From contig CM119268.1 in the NCBI GenBank assembly GCA_051294375.1, positions 1,043,218 to 1,107,143 on the forward strand: 63,926 nucleotides of DNA, given 5' to 3'. Shown here piece by piece: positions 11,275 through 23,800 of this stretch. This stretch comes from Paraspadella gotoi. Lineage: Eukaryota > Animalia > Chaetognatha. Both the position numbers and the translations under genes were made by a program. Numbering within the stretch: position 1 is the first letter of the stretch; each line of letters opens with the position of its first letter. A model generated the notes under the pieces. It was given only the letters and a program-made list of their open reading frames with translations, had not been told where the DNA came from and made no database searches.

Positions 11275-11903
11275 GGGGATGGTGTTGTCGACAACGCAGT
11301 GTCGGGTTTCGATTCCGCGTTATCTGTTGGCGTCTTTTGTTTCCAACGGTGGCGACGGTAGCGACGATATGTGAGAAGTTTAGAAACAAGACTACTTTTA
11401 TTTTTTTTACTTACCAAATTTATAACTATTGTAATTATTATAAACATAAATCTTATAGTAATAGTTATATTATTGTTTGGATACGAATAAATTAATTTAT
11501 TATATAAAAACGAATTACCTCGTTCGCCGCGAGGGCCCTGAAAAGATAAAAATATTGTTCTTTATAATGAAATTTCAAAGTATCAATTAGGCTACTGTCG
11601 TTTTTTGTTCAGAATATTATATCCGTAATTTTGTATTTTGGTTGCCTTTGTTTTCTTTAATGTTGTGGCCCTTATAAGTATGTTTTTTGCTTTTAATTAA
11701 TAAAAACGTAATCTGACTAGAGTCAAAAAACTAAAGCCATATCCCAGATTCGCTTACATTGAAGAAAACAACAAAAGGTGTAAAGTTGCAGAGATGGCCG
11801 CTGATTTTCTGCGATTCAAGTAAAAGCAAGATTGGTAAATTAAGTTTCGGAAAAATTCTCAGTTTTGATAATGTATAACGTAATTAAATCTTAACCTGTT
11901 CAT
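11275..11903 (-). CDS. 5' coding exons of an unidentified, probably secreted protein (signal peptide split over micro-exons)
   Basis: Exon 11982-11896 ends ATG AAC AG|gttaag. Exon 11808-11758 (51 nt, cgcag..|gtaagc) and exon 11537-11519 (19 nt, tttcag..|gtaatt) follow. Phases 2-2-0 join to MNRKSAAISATLHLLLFSSMALAANE. A probable next exon at 11333 (or 11323)-11275 ends |gtgagg. The remainder is lost at the 11135 gap. Confidence 0.55.
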
Positions 11904-12349
11904 CTTGTCGCTCTAAATTTTTATCCAATATACTAAATAATAAAAAAGTTAATGAACAAAAATTCAATGTAACGCGTTTCGTCTGCGACGCGAAAACCGC
12001 GAAAGAATGAAAATAAAAAAAGAAGAAAGAAATCCGCTCTCTCTGGACTGACGCAAGAAAAACCAGAAAATATTGTAATTTATGGTAATTAGGAGATTTT
12101 TTCCGCTAAAATCTCGGAAATTAATTAGTTTTATTGCCAGCAGTAATAAGCTTATTATTGCCAGTAATAAGATTTTCAACGAACCAAATGAAAGCAAAAG
12201 GGAAGGGGGTAAAAAAAAAAAACATTTTGAGCAAATCAAATATTCGGGTGACGAAAGGCATCGTGCCTCATTTATTGATAAGTTTGATCTCCCGCCTTTT
12301 CAATTTCGAGGTCGACTGATTAGTTTCTCCTTTCCTTTTTCTCCTTTTT

Positions 12350-12645
12350 TTTTAGTTGCGCCGCGGAGCAAATTTATAAATCACTTTTCGGTCGGTCGGT
12401 CCGTCGGTATGTCTATCCATCGGTCTGTCCCACTTACTTACTTAGTTGGTTGCTCATTTGTTAAGACAGGAAAAAACCTCAAATCTGAGGGACTGCTAGC
12501 GCCGTCTTTAGGAAATAAAATACAAAAGACATGTTAGTCATGTAGTCAAGTCATGTCACGTCGTCAAGTCATGTCATGTCACAAGAACCATACGTTATAA
12601 GGCAGTCACTGCGGCGCAACTCATTTGAATTACCGTTCTTGTTTT
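12350..12645 (+). mobile_element. Non-autonomous DINE-1/HINE (Helentron-associated)-like element, family B
   Basis: Starts in a T-run. Subterminal inverted repeats AGTTGCGCCGC (12355) / GCGGCGCAACT (12611), an internal GTCG/GTCY microsatellite-like tract, and an end in a T-run. Homologous copies at 31898-32062 (-) and 59722-60045 (+). The class is inferred from structure only. Confidence 0.6.
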
Positions 12646-14299
12646 TTAATAATTTTTTTTCCCATTTTTTTACTTTTTTTCGATTTTTGATGTTTTTCTT
12701 TTGCGTATTTTTTGGATTTTTTTTTTGTGGGGGTTTATTTCTCTTTCTTTTTCTTTTTGCCTTTCTTTTCTTTCTTTTCTTTCTTGTCTTTCTTTCTTTC
12801 TTTACTTTTCTTTCTTATCTATCTTTCTTTCTCTTTCCTTTTCTTCATTCTTCTTTTCTTGTGAGCCTTCTTTTATTCTTTTCTCTCTCTCAACTCTGCT
12901 TCCTCGCGGTGGCCCATCGTCTCTCATTCTCTCCTTCAGCAAAATGAGTGAGCCTTTTGTTTCTTTTGTCCTCTTTCAAATGATTTAACATCGTATTTAG
13001 CGATTTTCTTTCTTCTTTGTGTGTTTGAAAGGGAAAAGGAAAAGGAAATAAATTTCTAATTTTTGCGTTTTTGAGAAAGAAAAAAGGAGGTAGGAGGTAG
13101 GAGGAGGAAGGAAGAGGAAGGGGCGATGATTTTCTCCAGAGACACCAATCTGAGAGACTGAAGCAGGATGGAGTCGTCTACATCGTTTTCAATAGGTTTG
13201 TCGCGCTCTCTGTCTCTCCTCTGTCTCTCGGGTCTCGGTCTGCTACGTCTCTCCCTCTTCTCTTCGTCTTTCATCGTCTCATCTCGTCTCGGAAGTTCCT
13301 TCATTCTCTCTCTCTCTCTCAGTCTCAGTCTCTCTCTTAAGTCTCTGTCTTAAGTCTCTGAGTCTGATTCTGAGTCCGAGTTCAAGTCTTAATCTTTATC
13401 TTCTTTTCTTAAGGTCTGTGTCTGAGTTTTAATTTGAGTCTTCGTATGAACGAAACGAAAGCTTCCGAATAATTGTAATCCCTGATAATATTCGAGGGAC
13501 GAGTGTGCCTTGTGAAATCTCTCGATTCTAAAACTAGCAGAGACGTACGCATAATAATTTTAATTTGTAATCAGGCTTTCAGCCAAGTTTACGCCGCATA
13601 TAAACAGTAAACATATAAACATATAAACATATAAACAGTAAAACGTCGCAAAAATATTGAAATCAAGGAGAATCAAAATTCGATCAGTAGATCATGAACA
13701 GTAAAGGATTTGGGTTAGAGGATAAGTTTAGGGTTTTAAGGATTAAGGATTAAGCGACAGATTAAAGTTAACAATAATTAAACTATCGGAAAAAAGATTA
13801 AGTTTAAATATCAGAATTAAAATAAATTTAAAGGATAAGGAATGGGTCGCTTTCCTGAAATAGTGCCAGAAAGTGATCGGATAAAAAAATGTTAATGAAA
13901 ACGCGAAGAACAAAAATAAGAGCATCGAGAGAACGTTAGTAAATAAAAAAAACAAAACCCTTTGTGAGGTTATATTCTGCCACAAAAACGCCCACGCATC
14001 TGCGCCTCGACCGAGCCACTGATAGTCCGTTCTCGTTTTGGCAAAGACGGAGAGAAGAAAAGGGAAAAAAGTGGAAAAAAAAGGAAAAAAAGGGAAAAAA
14101 AGGGGAAAAAAAGGAAAAAGAGGAAAAAAAGGAATAAAAAAAAGGAACCGAAAGAAAAGAGAGGAGTTTTCTTTTTCCGTCGATGGAGAGAGACAAAGGT
14201 TCCCAGATCTTTTCATCTTTCCATCATCGACATCGACTGTTCTCTCCATCACTCTGTCTGCATTCTCTGACGCCCTAACTACGACGGTCGCCTTCCGGT

Positions 14300-14445
14300 A
14301 TCGACGCCGATCGTGACGCTAGACGGTAGCGCCATTTCCGGCCACGCCCATTTTTGAAAAAAATGGCACGCATCAGGTCTAAAAACGGCGCTCTACCCGA
14401 TCAGACCGTGTTTCACATCTCCGTTCGGGTAATACGGTTTACTTC

Positions 14446-14488
<43 letters not shown>

Positions 14489-15070
14489 TCCCCCACTTCT
14501 CTCTCGTTGCTGCATCATAACGCGCGCCAGGTCACAAACGCGCGCGCGCCGAGAGATGCGTTTCTACGCCAATAGCCTCTCGCTCGTTCCTGGTGGCTCG
14601 ACCAATGAAAACGTCGGATTCCCGGGGATCGCCGACGTCATCGACGCTTTTCCGACCAATGAGAGCCCGGATAGGAGNNNNNNNNNNCGTTTCCGGCTTC
14701 TCATTGGTCGAGGCATCTTGTCTCTCTTCTTTTTTGTCCCACCTCCCTTTTTTTTCCTTCTTTTTCTTTTTCCATCCAATCTTCGAAAACGATTTTTTTT
14801 CTTAGTCTCTCTCTCTCTCTCTCTNNNNNNNNNNNNNNNNNNNNNNNNNGCTCTGCTTGTAAATTCTTTATCCCGCCGGACCTCGACAGCCTTCGCGCCG
14901 CGCTGCCGGCAGGCATAGGAAATTACAAAAATTGGTGACCTAAATTCCACAACCGTTTTCATTTCGTGGCATTGGCGGGGAGGCAGTTCATTCGCCTCCC
15001 AACCTCAAGTCCGGCGGTTACATGGCCGGTTGGCCGCCAGCAGTTACGAGGAACGGGGCGCTTAACGCGC
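14300..15070. promoter_or_regulatory. CpG-rich promoter-like region
   Basis: GC/CpG-rich island in AT-rich surroundings. It has four CCAAT boxes (~14569, 14602, 14656, 14703 reverse), a GC-box gccacgccc (14341), YY1-like cgccattt (14330) and E2F-like atcccgcc / ttcgcgcc / ttggcggg (14870-14980). No CDS. Confidence 0.45.
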
Positions 15071-18000
15071 TGGCTAAGATGGTGTTACAAAGTGATCGAA
15101 GCTCAGGGACTGGCTTATATTGACGGTTCTGTTTCACACTTGAACAATAATTAATGTCTTTCAGCAAATAATATTTAAAAAGTAATAAATATATAAAATA
15201 CCATTTATATTAAATAGTTAAGGAAGAACGAATTATTAATTGGCACAACAAAATTTTTTTGTTAGACGAACATGTTTGAGCCTTATTCAGCGTCAAAGTT
15301 TTTGTGAAATGGGCTCACAATTTTTTCTACAAAAGAAAGAGGGAGAAGAGAGTGAAAGGATTTACACACAAAGTTAAATAGTAAAACATTCATATATAAA
15401 TATAAGATAGTGAAACAAGTAATTTTGCAATTTTTCATATACAATTAAAAAAATAACAAAATAGGATACTTTTTCTGTAGTAATTTTTAAACAAAAAATC
15501 TTTTATCAATATAACTTTAATTTGCCTCAAATTGAAATTCAATTAGCTTAGCCCAATGTTTTTTAGATGAAAGATAAAATAATTCTATAAATATTAATAG
15601 CTACCAAATATGTTTGGTGTTTGGTATTTGTGACAGGGGTTGGAGTCTATTATAAGTTGTTTTTATTAAGTAAACATTTTCAGTATGTTCAAGAAATGTC
15701 ATTTTTTTACTTTGAGTTAAAATCTTTGTTAATGAATAAAAAATAGAAATATTTTTAGATTTTTTTATTTTAAATCTATCATAGGATATTTATTTCATAT
15801 CGAGCTCGAAATTTTTATATAATCAGCTAGAGCAGGTATTGAAATACATATAAATACAGATACAAAGACATTTTTGGGGCGACTGCCAGTTTGTGTAATT
15901 TTTACATCATTTTGATCAAGGTTTTTTCTGTTCAATCATATTAGGATACAACTGAATATTTTAATTGCAAATCTATTTAAATGTATGCATTCCTTATTGT
16001 TCTTACTAATTTTTTTATTATTGTTTAATTTTTTTATTATCATGGAATTAATCTCCTTAATATTTATTGGTTCTGGGTCTTGTAGTAGCAAGTAAGTTTA
16101 CATACTTAATGCTGATAACTCATATTCATGCAATCGGAAAGTATTTTTAGGCTTAAAATATAGCTAATAACAAATTGAGAATATAAGTTGATAACGAAAT
16201 TAAAAACATAAAAGAAAATATATTGTTTTTATTTTATCTTTAAAAATAAATATAAGCAAAATATTTTGATTCAGAAATTGCCTATAATTAACTTAGGAAA
16301 AATCATTTCTTTACCTAGCAATTTCAGAACACTGCTCGTTAATCAACGCAAACTATTACCGAAGTTCACCCCTTAGAATAAGGTGCATTGACGATTTTAA
16401 ACAATAAAAATATTTTAGAATTTAAATGGATAAATTTTCAAAAATTGTTACTTCCAATTTTCCCCCAAATTATTCAACTGACTTGAACAGCTGTTGTATC
16501 ATGAGCTGAAAATTAGATAGAAACGAGATGTTGTGGTAAAAATATGTTTTTGTAAGAAGAGTAAACGTCTGTGCAACAGTTCAAAACAATCTGCATATCG
16601 TCAGCTCAGGGTAATATTGAAATTCGCCCGAATAGTTTCTATTTGGATCTTTAATAACCTAATTTCAATGAATTTTCTCGGAGTGTTCTGGGTCACAAAA
16701 ACGGGTGCCCTCATTTTATAAATGCAGCTTTCTGTATTTATTGTTCCAGGAATCTCGTCGGATCTTGGCTACGCTTAAATAGTAGTATAATGATTTTACG
16801 TTTCGAAAACCAACTGGCCATTGTGCAAAGTACTATGATCTAAGAAATTCGGAAGGAGGAAGAGAATTCTCCTGGCAGTAAAGTCAAAGTTCGGCGGTTT
16901 CGGTCCATAGAATCGGAGCGACACGTAACCCGTTCGACTTTCGGCGACCAAATGCAATTCCACACACGAATGGGTCTTTAAAATTCCCAAGAAAAAATTT
17001 CCCCGGTCCGGGTACGAAGGCTTCGATTATTATTTTCAATGAAATTTCCGTTGCTCAATAGTTTAAAATAATATTAAAAACAGGCTAGCCTAGTTATCTT
17101 ATGCAACTAAAGTTTAAATCATTATACATTAATAATTCGTATGACCTTTATTGTTTGTATGTGTAATATTTATGCGATGTTTGACCAACGGGACGTGGGA
17201 ATTCAAATTTTCACTGTAATCCTTCATGATTCAAAGCAACGACGAGAATCGTTTTTTCTTAACTTAAGACATGAAGACCTTTGATTTTTATACATAAGTA
17301 AACTTAATTTAAAAATCGTAAAGTCTTCTTTCCATCAATTCAAAAGTTCTTTGCGAGTTTGGAATGCACCGCAATAAATTAAACGTCGGATTTAATTCAT
17401 CTACTTAGCGATTCTTCTCTCTCTCTCTCTCCTTTCAAAAATTATTCACGATTCTAAATCCGAATTTCTTCATCTTCTTGAAAGACATTAAAAAAAAAAA
17501 AGATCAACAAAAGCTCGACTAAAGCGAGAATATTAGCGACCGAAGAAAGGCGAAACGTATTTTTGGATGATGCCCAGAAGGTGGTCTTACTCCGTCTGGT
17601 AATGGGAGAGGGGGCGGGAGAGATTGGGATGAGATCGTTGATAGCGGTATACCAGTGTGATCAAACGTTGATTGGTACTGCTAGTAAAGGAAGTAAAAGG
17701 TAATGAATAATGAATACTGGATAGACTTAGCACTTATCTAACAGCCGAGTAAATCAGGAAAATGATTAGAAAGTAGAAGACCAATGTGGATTGAAAATCG
17801 CGGGAATAAAATGGAAAAATGAAAAAAATATCTCCACCAAAAAATGGAATGAGAATCTGAGAATGACGGAGATCCCTGATGATACGAGGCGAACTAATTA
17901 GCTCAAAATTAATCTGCCGGACTTAATGTACATTTGATCAGGATACCTTCCGTTCCCCCGCGAACAGTGGAAAAACTCCTGCGCAGTGGAGTGAATTAAC

Positions 18001-20509
18001 GAGTGTTTTTCATTTCACATTGGGTTTGCCTTGTTAGACCTGGGCGGGAAAACTGGTACTTTTGGGAGGTTGAATGGTAATTAACAAATGGTCCAATACG
18101 TATAATGAGTCAACAACTTATCGTAATGAATCTGTTTATAACTTAATGATCATATTACCGGTTCTCGGAGCCACCAAGAAAAACACCTTTTATATCCCAA
18201 ACTCATCAAGATTTTTAATTTCTAGGAAAAGGGACGAGCACTGTGTTAAGCGGGAACGTTCCAGAATCGAAGAGGAGGGGGACAAACCTCAATTCGATTA
18301 TCCATTTATATGAAATCATGATTAGAAATTTGAAAGGGGAACGCGGAGAGAAGAGAGAGAGAAGCGAGAAGAGAGAGAGAGAGAGAGAGTAGAGGAGAGA
18401 GAAAGGGGAAATATTGATCGGCGTCAGGCAGCGGGGGCGTATTCTCGCCGCGCTCTTTTTGAAGGAAGGAAAGAAAAAAAAGCTGCGGCTGCATCAATTG
18501 ACCCGTATCGTCTCGAAGCGGTGAGCCGCTTGGAGTTCCCTTTCCTTTTCCTCCTTTTTCCTACTTTTCTCCGGTGGAGTTGCATTATTTACCGGGGTGA
18601 TGCCTCCTTTTTCTTCTATCTCTTCTTTCCTCATTTCGGCGCGCGTTGCCTTTCTCTTCTGCTGCGCCGCCGCTTTTAAACCGCTCACGCTGCGAGCACG
18701 GGCTGCAGCGTATTATTCTCGGCCGCTTCGCCCTTCGCTATAGCTGGGATCTGCTCTTCCGCGAGGCGGAAACGCAAGGGCTTACGCTCCCGGCGGGCGC
18801 AGCCAAGACGGGCCGACTGCTGCCGCCGCTGACGGCTAAAAAAGGTTGGTGGCAGGAACGGCTGAGGCTGAAGAAGTGAGGAGAGAAACATGAGATTCCC
18901 GAGAGAGAGAGAAAGAGTGCTCTCCTGTCGCTTATTTTCTTTCGGGCTGTCGTCGATGAATCGTGTTCCTTCGCATCGTCGTCTCACCGTCGTTCCTTTC
19001 GCCTTCTTCATCACTGCTGTTCGGTAGCCCTTCGGAGAGAAGCTCTTTTCTCTCTTTCTTTCTCTTTTTTTTTTCTCTCTCTCTCTCTCTTCTCTTCTCT
19101 CTCCTCTGATTTCGGGTCTTTTTCCCCATAAAAGTCTCGAATAAAATAAATAAATAACCTAATTAAGATTCTTCAAACGTCGCCACCATTCAAGGATAAA
19201 CACCACGACGATGCGACCTTTAAATTTTTTAATTTATTTGATTTTTATTCTTATTTGCCATTTTTCCTTCGACACAACAGACACAATCACACTGAAACAA
19301 AAAAGAAATATTTTTGCGGACGGAAGGAAAAAATCGTTCAAATCTCGAGGGACGAATCATGAGTAACAATGACAACGCGCGTGGAAAAAAAAGGGGGATT
19401 GGACATTCTAGTCCGTTTTCCGATTGATTAACGCTTCATATTCTCCCTTTTGTCGTGGCCTCTCAGCACGCGTCTGCTGAACTCTCTCTTGGCTTTTTCG
19501 AACTTACCCCTGCAATTACCATTACCACATTGCATTCTTCTCTCTTTATTTTCTTTTTTTTTATCCTCCTTTTTTTGTTTCTCCATCTTTCTCTTTTCAT
19601 TACCTTTTTCTTTGCTCTTCTTCTCATCTCTCTGTGACTATCGAGTTTTTTTTCTCTCTTTGACGACTAAAAATAACCTCTCGCATCTCCGTTCAGCGTC
19701 TCCGCTCCGTCATGACGTGATCTGGCCGTATATCAGATGCACGTCTACTTCCTAACATATAATCGCAACTACAACGGATAGATAAAGATGAGAAAGGGCT
19801 TCGTTAAATACAGTTTAACGAATACCAATTTCATATATATATATACTACGTCACCATCCTCATTTACGAATTATTTTTATCTATCTAGGAAAAAAGTCAC
19901 ATTTTAATAATCGAAAACTTTTTTTAATTTAAAAAAATCAGAAATATTTTCAAATCTTTACATGAATTTTCCTTTCAGTAGTTTCCTTTAATTTTTTTAG
20001 TCAGCAGATTCCAACTCTCTTCGTACGGTCATTGGTCCCCCTCTAAACTTGTTGGAAATTATTTCTATCACATCAAGAACATCATATTAGGCTAAAATTA
20101 AAAAAAAAAAAAATGTCGTCGCTGTTCATGCCCTATTTAGCAAAACAAACTTCATTTTTCAACTTTAAATTTTGATGGAAATCATCGAGTGGGAAATGAG
20201 TTTAAATGGAAAAAAATAAGTCAAGAACCATTAAAACTTAATCTTTTTGCTAACATTTTCATCCCATACTTATTGAAATTAATCATAATTGGATGGAATA
20301 GACTTGAGCTAAATTTTTTGTGTGTGGGTAGCGAAAGTGTGATTGAGCAGATATTAAGTTTCGATGGAATCGAGGATTCGAAATGAGTTTATAAAAAAAA
20401 ACCAAAGTCAAGTTTTTATTTGAATCTTTTACTTATTATGCTTATTATGAATGTATAATTAATTAATTAATTATTAAGTGAAAAATATGCAATTTAAAAA
20501 ATATATATT

Positions 20510-20830
20510 TAAAAAAAAATGATGCAAGTTTAAAAAAAATGATGAAAGTTGAAAAGATTATTACAAAGTTGAAAGAATGATGGCAGTTGAAAAAATGATG
20601 CAATTGAAAAAATATGAGGTTAAAAAATAATACGGTTGAAAAATGATATAAGTTAAAAAATGATCAAGTTAAAAGAATGTTGCAAGTTAAAAGAATGTTG
20701 CAAGTTGAAAAAAATGTTACAATGAAAAAATTATGCAAAAAAGTTGCAAAGTGAAAGAAATGATGCGAGTTGAAAAAAATGATGCAATTGAAAAAATGAT
20801 GCGAGTAAAAAAACTATGCCAAGTCAAAAA
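20510..20830 (+). repeat. Degenerate ~18-20-bp AT-rich tandem repeat
   Basis: Units like AAAAAATGATGCAAGTTG repeated more than 12 times. Confidence 0.7.
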
Positions 20831-23800
20831 TATAATAGTTAAAAAATTACTTATATTTTAATTTGTAATTTATCTTATATTACAATATTTATTATTTAAC
20901 TGATTATCATTCACCTAATATCGTCCGACATTTGCTCAACTTGTAGGTCAAGATTGTTTAGCAGTTACAGGGCAGGTTTACTTCTAATGAAAAGAACAGT
21001 AAAAAAATATATTTAATTTTCCACTATTTTAATATTTATTAATTGTTTTTATTTTAAAAGAATATTTTTTTTAATTTTGGCAATGTTAAAGGCTTTGCAC
21101 TTTATTTTTGGTTTGAAAAATACTATATAACTTTCAGAAAAAAAAGAGACTTTCAATATAATATAAGGCTGAAAAAAATTGGCGTTAAAGATGAGAACAT
21201 CATTTCACAATCATACATAATTTTCTCGTATAAAATGCAACCAGATGCTACAGGATATAATTCGATGGCCGAGGAAGGGGCATCTAAATAATAAGAATAT
21301 TTAAGCGCATGTTTTGTCTATTTTTTATATTGATGTACTAAATTATGTGATAGTATTTTTTCTAGATAGTATCATTAAATGCCATTTATACATGCTAAGG
21401 ATAACACGTTTTCCTCTACAAAATTTCCACCTCCTTACCGAACTTATCATTTTGAATTATGAAAAGTCACACACTTTTCGTCGCAGAGATCTCAGTCAAA
21501 AAAATTTTTTTTCAATCCGCGACACAATCGTGATTTGAATTCCGGGAACCGTGAACATTGACGAAAAATTCAAAACGCGAGAGAGAAATAAATGAAGGGA
21601 AAACGGCGACGACGACGACCGTTGTCCATTTCGAAAGGGAGATGATATAAGATAATGTCGGGCGGGTTTTGAGAGAGCGAGAACTCTTTCCTCCCCCCTT
21701 TCATCCAGAAAAACGGATCCCGGCGAGGATATTTCTTCCCCCTTTTCTGTCCGACGCCAGTCGGGCCGTCATCCTTTGTCGCTTTTTCATAGGCTTTTGT
21801 TTTTGGATTCGAACTTCCGTTGACTGGTCGCCTTAGAGCTGAAGAACAATTATCGAATGTCACTGACGGAAAATCAAGGATGATTGTCCATTAAAAACGA
21901 ATGCATAAAATGAATAACCTTTACTCAAATTGGTTATGTTGAACCGTAATAAAAACCAGATACGATTTGTTTGGTAAAACATGGTCGAACAAATGAGCGC
22001 TTTTGAGAAACAATGACCCGCTCTCACACAACCTTCACTGCTTCCATAAAAGCAATACGAAAGACGAAGTAATTGTCACAATTGAAACGACGACTACGAG
22101 ACAACTGCCACCGCTACGAGTACAAGACAATAACGGGCGACTACGAACAACAGTGACCAAAGAGAACACAATACGACGCCGAGGAAACGACGACGACGAC
22201 ATCACATTCACCACCGTCGATCATTAACGCATCTTACTCACACTCACTCGTGCTCTCATGTCTTTTTTTTTTCCTTCTCTACCTCGTCTCGGTTCGCACA
22301 AGCGATTTTTAAAAACTTTTATTTCGACTTCAAATCGTTAAACTGAAAAAAATTCAAGTCCGACGATCTAAACTTTTTTATTTTCTGCGTTCAGCATTCT
22401 AGTTTTGTGTGCTCGCGTTTTTAAGAAAAAGTTTACTTTTACTGAGAGATATTAAAAGAAAAAGTTGCAGTCAGTTGAAACAGACATATCAGTTTCTTAC
22501 AATCTTCCCGCCCAGTATAAACAATATGACAAACAAATCTTTAAAAACATTCGATAAAGGGTATAAGATAAATATATAAACAAAATAAATTAGACATGGT
22601 AGTTAAGGCGGGCCAAAATTTAACATTTTTACAAGTCGGGAAATAAAAGTCTTTTGTCCTTTTTCAAGCCAAATTTTAACTTATGAATTTAAACTTTTGC
22701 TTAAATTAATTTTCCTCACACAATGGAAGCATTTTAATATTTAACAAATATATAAGAAATGCATAAAATTTTTTTTTAATTTAAATTTTAAAAAATAGAT
22801 TCTGATAAAGTTAATTAAGTTTAGTACTACAAATTTCAAAATTTAATGATAACATGGGCTAAATTTAATAAACACCTTAAAAAAATTATTATCATCATCC
22901 ATTAACTTTTTAGTTTTTTATTAATTTTTATAATAATCATTAAATTTCAAAAAGTTGTAATATAACCTTCATCTAACTTTCAAGCTCTATCAGAATCCGT
23001 AAGAAAAATTATAATTGATAAAAATTTTTTTTTATATTATAGTATTCGATATATAAAATAGCTTCCATGCGTTTAACTATAAGATAAATCCTTTGAAATT
23101 CAAGAAAGTCTTGATACATACTTATTTTATTTTTTGTTCAGGGCACAAGTTTTCCGGCTTTCATTCAAGCCTTCAGCAGTGCTGGACAAATAAAAATAAA
23201 ATCGTTAAATGTATGCAAGACTTTGTGTCTTTAATTTCAAATAAAGTCAAAACACAACGAAAGAAAGTTTAATCATAACTATAAATCTTAAATTTTTTAA
23301 TTTTTACGATATTTATAAACACATTAACAATATTATCGAAATTCTGTTTAGTTGTAAACCTGTTCCCGCATTAATGGTTAGACGAGCAAAACAAAAAAAA
23401 AACTAGTGCTTGGACAAAAAACGCACGCCGACACTCAGATTAAAACCCAGTTTATTTCTTTAAAAAAAAGTAAATCACGGCGAAACCGAAAAAGTCTTTC
23501 CGTCAAATCATAAAAAGATATGGCATCAAAAAATACTTCTCCCCTTCTAAATGTTGCCGTCATTTTACTTTTTGCTCTCTTAATTATTTTTAAACCTGTA
23601 AAAAGTAAAACGAATATTCATCTCTCGGCGCATTTTTTTTTAAGTGCTGGTAAAGATTACGCAAATAACCCCGCATTAAATCAACTAAAGCAATTTTTTT
23701 TTTGCTTCTAATTTTAACTTATCAGCGTCAGATTAAACATATAATATTTCTCTTATTTGTTCAAATACAAGGGCACAAGGCAATATAAAGCTTTCTCTTC

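Noticed and set aside
11519-11537. Micro-exon readable as collagen-like GPRGER
   Set aside because: The upstream exon phases put it in the frame (M)ALAANE, which completes a signal peptide. No other Gly-X-Y exons are nearby.
16796-17020. Complex-sequence minus-strand ORF of 64 aa
   Set aside because: No recognisable motif and no convincing splice sites. It may be a decayed TE fragment.
22248-22343. Possible minus-strand exon ending ATG AGA GCA CGA|gtgagt
   Set aside because: Only four codons and no linkable downstream coding exon, so it cannot be distinguished from chance.
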